Assembly (NCBI GenBank): GCA_030650095.1
Contig: JAUSEE010000033.1
Coordinates: forward strand, 26,757-90,756
Length of the DNA stretch: 64,000 bases
DNA from: Candidatus Buchananbacteria bacterium
GTDB taxonomy: Bacteria; Patescibacteriota; Patescibacteriia; 2-01-FULL-39-33
Reading direction: 5' to 3'
The notes under the pieces are model-generated. The model did not search any database and was not told where the DNA came from. It saw only the letters and a program-made list of their open reading frames with translations. Positions 60,434-64,000 of the stretch are shown piece by piece. Position 1 is the stretch's first letter. Each line of letters starts with the position of its first letter. A program made the position numbers and the translations under genes.

Positions 60434-62362
60434 ATGGGAAAAATCTTAGGCATTGATCTTGGCACAACCAATAGCGCCATAGCAATAATGGAGGGTGGAC
60501 AACCAAAAATATTAGAAAACAGCGAAGGGGCCAGAACAACACCATCTATCATAGCCACTTCCAAAGCAGGCGAAAGATTAATAGGCATTTCCGCTAAAAG
60601 GCAGGCTGTTACCAATCCGGCCAATACTTTATTTTCGGTTAAAAGATTAATCGGCCGGAAATGGACAGATGAAGAAGTGCAAAAAGATTTGAAATCTTTG
60701 TCTTTTGAAATTAAGAAATCAGGCGAGGGAGTTAAAGTGGTGATGAACGGCAAAGAGTACAGCCCGCAGGAAATTTCGGCCATGGTTTTGCAGAAATTAA
60801 AAGCCGACGCGGAAAGCAAAACCGGCGAAAAAATAACCGAAGCGGTTATTACAGTGCCGGCTTATTTTGACGACAGCCAAAGGCAGGCGACTAAAGATGC
60901 CGGAGAAATTGCCGGTTTGACTGTTAAAAGAATCATCAACGAGCCGACAGCGGCGGCTTTGGCTTATGGTTTTGAAAAGAAAAAAGGCCAACAGATAGCC
61001 GTTTATGATTTGGGCGGTGGCACTTTCGACATCTCCATTTTAGATGTGGCTTCCGATACGGTGGAAGTTAAATCCACCAACGGCGATACCCACTTGGGCG
61101 GAGATGATTTCGATCAGATCATTATGAACTACATTTTAGATGAATTTAAAAAGCAAGAAGGCGTTGATTTGTCCAAAGATCAAACTTCTCTGCAACGAGT
61201 GAAGGAAGCGGCGGAGAAAGTTAAAATAGAGCTTTCCACTCAAATGGAATCGGAAATAAATCAGCCTTTTATCACTCAAGGCAGTGATAGCTCTCCTAAG
61301 CATTTGACCATGAGGATAACCAGATCACAACTGGAAGTCTTAGTGGAAGGTTTGGTGGATAAGACTTTTGAACCGGTTAAAAAAGCTTTGTCTGACGCCG
61401 GTCTGACCACCGCGCAAATTGAAGAAGTTATCCTGGTCGGCGGTATGACCAGAATGCCTTTGGTGCAAAAGAAAGTTGAAGCCTTTTTTGGCAAGAAGCC
61501 GAATATATCGGTTAATCCGGATGAGGTGGTGGCACTAGGCGCAGCCGTGCAGGCTGGCGTGCTTCAAGGCGATGTCAAAGATGTATTGCTTTTAGATGTT
61601 ACTCCTCTTACTTTAGGCATTGAAACATTGGGCGGGGTGGCTACTCCGTTAATTGAAAGAAACACCACTATCCCAACTTCCAAATCGCAAATATTTTCTA
61701 CTGCCGCCGATAATCAGCCGGGCGTGGAAATCCATGTTTTGCAAGGCGAGAGGCCGATGGCTAGCGATAATAAAACTCTGGGTAAATTTATGCTGGATGG
61801 CATTCCGCCAGCGCCCAGAGGCGTACCGCAAGTGGAAGTGACTTTTGATATTGATGCCAACGGCATTTTAAATGTCAAAGCCCAGGATAAAGCCACTGGT
61901 CGGGAACAGAAAATAACCATTACTTCTTCCAGCGGTTTGTCGAAGGAAGAAATTGAAAAAATGAAACGCGATGCCGAAGCTCATGCCGAGGAAGACAAGA
62001 ATAAGAGGGAACTGATAGATATTAAAAACCAAGCCGAGAGTTTGATTTTTAGCACCGAAAAAACCCTCAAAGATGCCGGCGATAAAGTTGAGGCCGATAC
62101 CAGAAAAAATGTGATGGATAAAATGGAAGATTTGAAAAAAGCCAAAGATGGCAGTGACAAAGATTTGATCCAGAAAAATTATGATGCCTTGTCTTCTGAA
62201 ATCCAGAAAGTTGGCGCGGCTATGTACCAATCCGCCCCAGGCGGATCCGCCTCGGGCGGACAGCCTGAAGCAGCCACTCCCGGGGCTGAAGTTCCAGCAG
62301 GCGAACAGCCGAAAGCCGAAGGCGAGCCGGTGGAGGCTGAATTTGAAGAAGTGAAGAAATAA
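60434..62362 (+). CDS. dnaK: Chaperone DnaK
   Basis: [30 protein letters not shown]. Confidence 0.99.
   Translation: MGKILGIDLGTTNSAIAIMEGGQPKILENSEGARTTPSIIATSKAGERLIGISAKRQAVTNPANTLFSVKRLIGRKWTDEEVQKDLKSLSFEIKKSGEGVKVVMNGKEYSPQEISAMVLQKLKADAESKTGEKITEAVITVPAYFDDSQRQATKDAGEIAGLTVKRIINEPTAAALAYGFEKKKGQQIAVYDLGGGTFDISILDVASDTVEVKSTNGDTHLGGDDFDQIIMNYILDEFKKQEGVDLSKDQTSLQRVKEAAEKVKIELSTQMESEINQPFITQGSDSSPKHLTMRITRSQLEVLVEGLVDKTFEPVKKALSDAGLTTAQIEEVILVGGMTRMPLVQKKVEAFFGKKPNISVNPDEVVALGAAVQAGVLQGDVKDVLLLDVTPLTLGIETLGGVATPLIERNTTIPTSKSQIFSTAADNQPGVEIHVLQGERPMASDNKTLGKFMLDGIPPAPRGVPQVEVTFDIDANGILNVKAQDKATGREQKITITSSSGLSKEEIEKMKRDAEAHAEEDKNKRELIDIKNQAESLIFSTEKTLKDAGDKVEADTRKNVMDKMEDLKKAKDGSDKDLIQKNYDALSSEIQKVGAAMYQSAPGGSASGGQPEAATPGAEVPAGEQPKAEGEPVEAEFEEVKK
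62231..62260. repeat. Tandem 15-bp palindromes TCCGCC-NNN-GGCGGA inside dnaK
   Basis: TCCGCCCCAGGCGGA TCCGCCTCGGGCGGA, encoding [10 protein letters not shown]. Confidence 0.8.
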
Positions 62363-62425
62363 GAATATTTTTTAAATTAAAAAAGCCCCGATTGGATCAG
62401 GGCTGTAATGGCGGTGTAATAAAAT

Positions 62426-62689
62426 TTATTCTGTTAGTTTCAGACAATCAATCGGCAAATGCATCCAAGATTTAACATTGGTTTTCTGACGGGTAACTAC
62501 AATTTCTATTGCTAAATTGTCGCCAAAACCAGAAATTGGATAAAGCGGCATTGGCATTCCTTTAATAACCGTAAAAGAAAAAGCGTAATAAATTGTGCCA
62601 TAAGGAATTAATCGGCCGTCAAGGTTGATTTCTTTGATAGTCCGCAGTTTATCACCATTTAATATAACTCTAACATTTTTAGCTATCAT
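62426..62689 (-). CDS. Hypothetical protein
   Basis: SD GGAGG; promoter TTGACA(62779-62774)-17-TAAAGT. Confidence 0.65.
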   Translation of the reverse strand: MIAKNVRVILNGDKLRTIKEINLDGRLIPYGTIYYAFSFTVIKGMPMPLYPISGFGDNLAIEIVVTRQKTNVKSWMHLPIDCLKLTE

Positions 62690-62783
62690 TTATTTATCCT
62701 CCGTTAACTGGTTGTGAATGTGCTCTAAATTAACATTTAACTAAAAATAGACTTTATTAAATAATTATAATTTTGTCAAGTTT

Positions 62784-63074
62784 ATGGAAAATCAAAATCA
62801 ACCTCCAGTTCAAGAAATTAAAATCGCTGATAATTTGGCCGGCGGCGAATATGCCAATGCCATGCAAGTGGCGCACACCAAAGACGAAGTGCTCTTAACT
62901 TTTTTTAATATTATTTCGCCATCAGGCCGTGTTTGTGCTAAAATTATTACCAGTCCGGGACACTTGAAGCGCATGATCGCTGCTTTAAATGAAAATTTAA
63001 AAAGATACGAAGAAAAGTTTGGCCTAGTTGAGGCATCTGAAAGTCCCAAGGAGAGCATAGGGTTTAAGGTTTAA
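62784..63074 (+). CDS. DUF3467 domain protein
   Basis: GEYANAMQVAHT..E..LTF, SPGHLKRM..AL..N..RYE..FG. Confidence 0.85.
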   Translation: MENQNQPPVQEIKIADNLAGGEYANAMQVAHTKDEVLLTFFNIISPSGRVCAKIITSPGHLKRMIAALNENLKRYEEKFGLVEASESPKESIGFKV

Positions 63075-63083
63075 TGTTTAATC

Positions 63084-63149
63084 GTCATTGCGAGCCTGCG
63101 AAGCAATCCCAGGGGATCGCCACGGTCGCTTGCGCTCTCTCGCGATGAC
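63084..63149. repeat. GTCATTGCGAG-type palindromic repeat
   Basis: GTCATTGCGAG...GCAATCCC-A-GGGGATCGC...CTCGCGATGAC. Confidence 0.75.
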
Positions 63150-63159
63150 ATATTAAGTT

Positions 63160-64000
63160 ATGGCAAAAGACTATTACGCTATTTTGGGTGTTAAGAAAGA
63201 TGCGACTCAAGATGAAATAAAAAAAGCTTTTCGGAAATTGGCTCATGAGCATCACCCGGATAAGGAACATGGCAACGCTGATAAATTCAAAGAAATAAAC
63301 GAAGCCTATCAGACAGTTGGCCATGAAGAGAAAAGAAAGCAATATGATCAATTCGGTTCGGCTTTTTCCGGCACTGGATCGGGCGGTTTTTCTAATTATC
63401 AAGATTTTGCCAGAGCTCAAGGGGGCAATCCTTTCGGCCAAGGTGGATTTTCCCAAGGCAATGTCAATTTTGATTTTGGCGATATGGGAGATTTGGGAGA
63501 TATTTTTGGCAGCTTTTTTGGCGGCAGTAGATCACAAGCCAAACAAGCCAAAGGTTCGGATATTGAAACAGAATTAAGCATTGATTTTGAAGAATCGGTT
63601 TTTGGCGTAGAAAGAAACATAGAATTAGCCAAAAGAATAATTTGCAAACATTGCCAAGGCAATGGAGCCGAACCAGGATCAAAAATAAACACTTGTAATA
63701 ATTGCCACGGCAGCGGAAAGATATCATCGGTCCAGCAAACTATTTTGGGCGCTTTTCAAACCCAAAGAGTTTGTCCCAATTGCCAAGGAGAGGGCAAGAC
63801 TTATGAAAAAAAATGCAAAATTTGCAGCGGCAGCGGCGTGGAATACGGCCAGGAACAGATAAAAATAAAAATTCCAGCCGGCATTGAAGACGGCCAGCAA
63901 ATCCGTTTGTCGGGCCGAGGGGAGTCTAACCCCAAAGGCTCGGCTGGCGATTTATATATAAATATACGAGTCAAAAAGAATCCCAAATTTAAAAGAAACG
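63160..64000 (+). CDS. dnaJ: Chaperone DnaJ (truncated by window end)
   Basis: Manual translation MAKDYYAILGV...HHPDK, G/F region, four CxxCxGxG repeats; absent from ORF track because there is no stop in the window. Confidence 0.97.
   Translation, partial: MAKDYYAILGVKKDATQDEIKKAFRKLAHEHHPDKEHGNADKFKEINEAYQTVGHEEKRKQYDQFGSAFSGTGSGGFSNYQDFARAQGGNPFGQGGFSQGNVNFDFGDMGDLGDIFGSFFGGSRSQAKQAKGSDIETELSIDFEESVFGVERNIELAKRIICKHCQGNGAEPGSKINTCNNCHGSGKISSVQQTILGAFQTQRVCPNCQGEGKTYEKKCKICSGSGVEYGQEQIKIKIPAGIEDGQQIRLSGRGESNPKGSAGDLYINIRVKKNPKFKRN

Overview
Bacterial chromosomal segment, AT-rich, standard genetic code (TGA used as stop). Gene content (DUF4012, tandem gpmI, short ProRS and HrcA, many glycosyltransferases, group 3b-like hydrogenase, small Cys-rich secreted proteins) suggests Patescibacteria/Parcubacteria (CPR); this placement is an inference. 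It holds housekeeping blocks (alr, rmuC, ppa, pgk, eno, 2x gpmI, holB, frr, rseP, proS, mreBCD-mrdA, greA, gyrB, hrcA-grpE-dnaK-dnaJ with CIRCE) and a four-subunit NiFe hydrogenase cluster with a very reduced maturation set. No rRNA, tRNA, CRISPR or transposase was seen. Main observations: (1) two expression regimes, in which core genes have no Shine-Dalgarno and are often apparently leaderless, while about 15 inserted genes (cfa, pgsA, ACP, CrtI-like oxidoreductase, ankyrin, orphans) carry strong SD sites, mostly behind their own TTGAC-N17/18 promoters; (2) a hydrogenase with His-less HypC, Zn-less HypA, DUF6390 and an EamA transporter but no hypBDEF in the window; (3) an array of secreted proteins sharing an identical 100-bp leader with unrelated Cys-rich C-termini; (4) several palindromic mobile-type repeat families, some inserted in frame into proteins; (5) an operon-linked MreB with degenerate ATPase residues.
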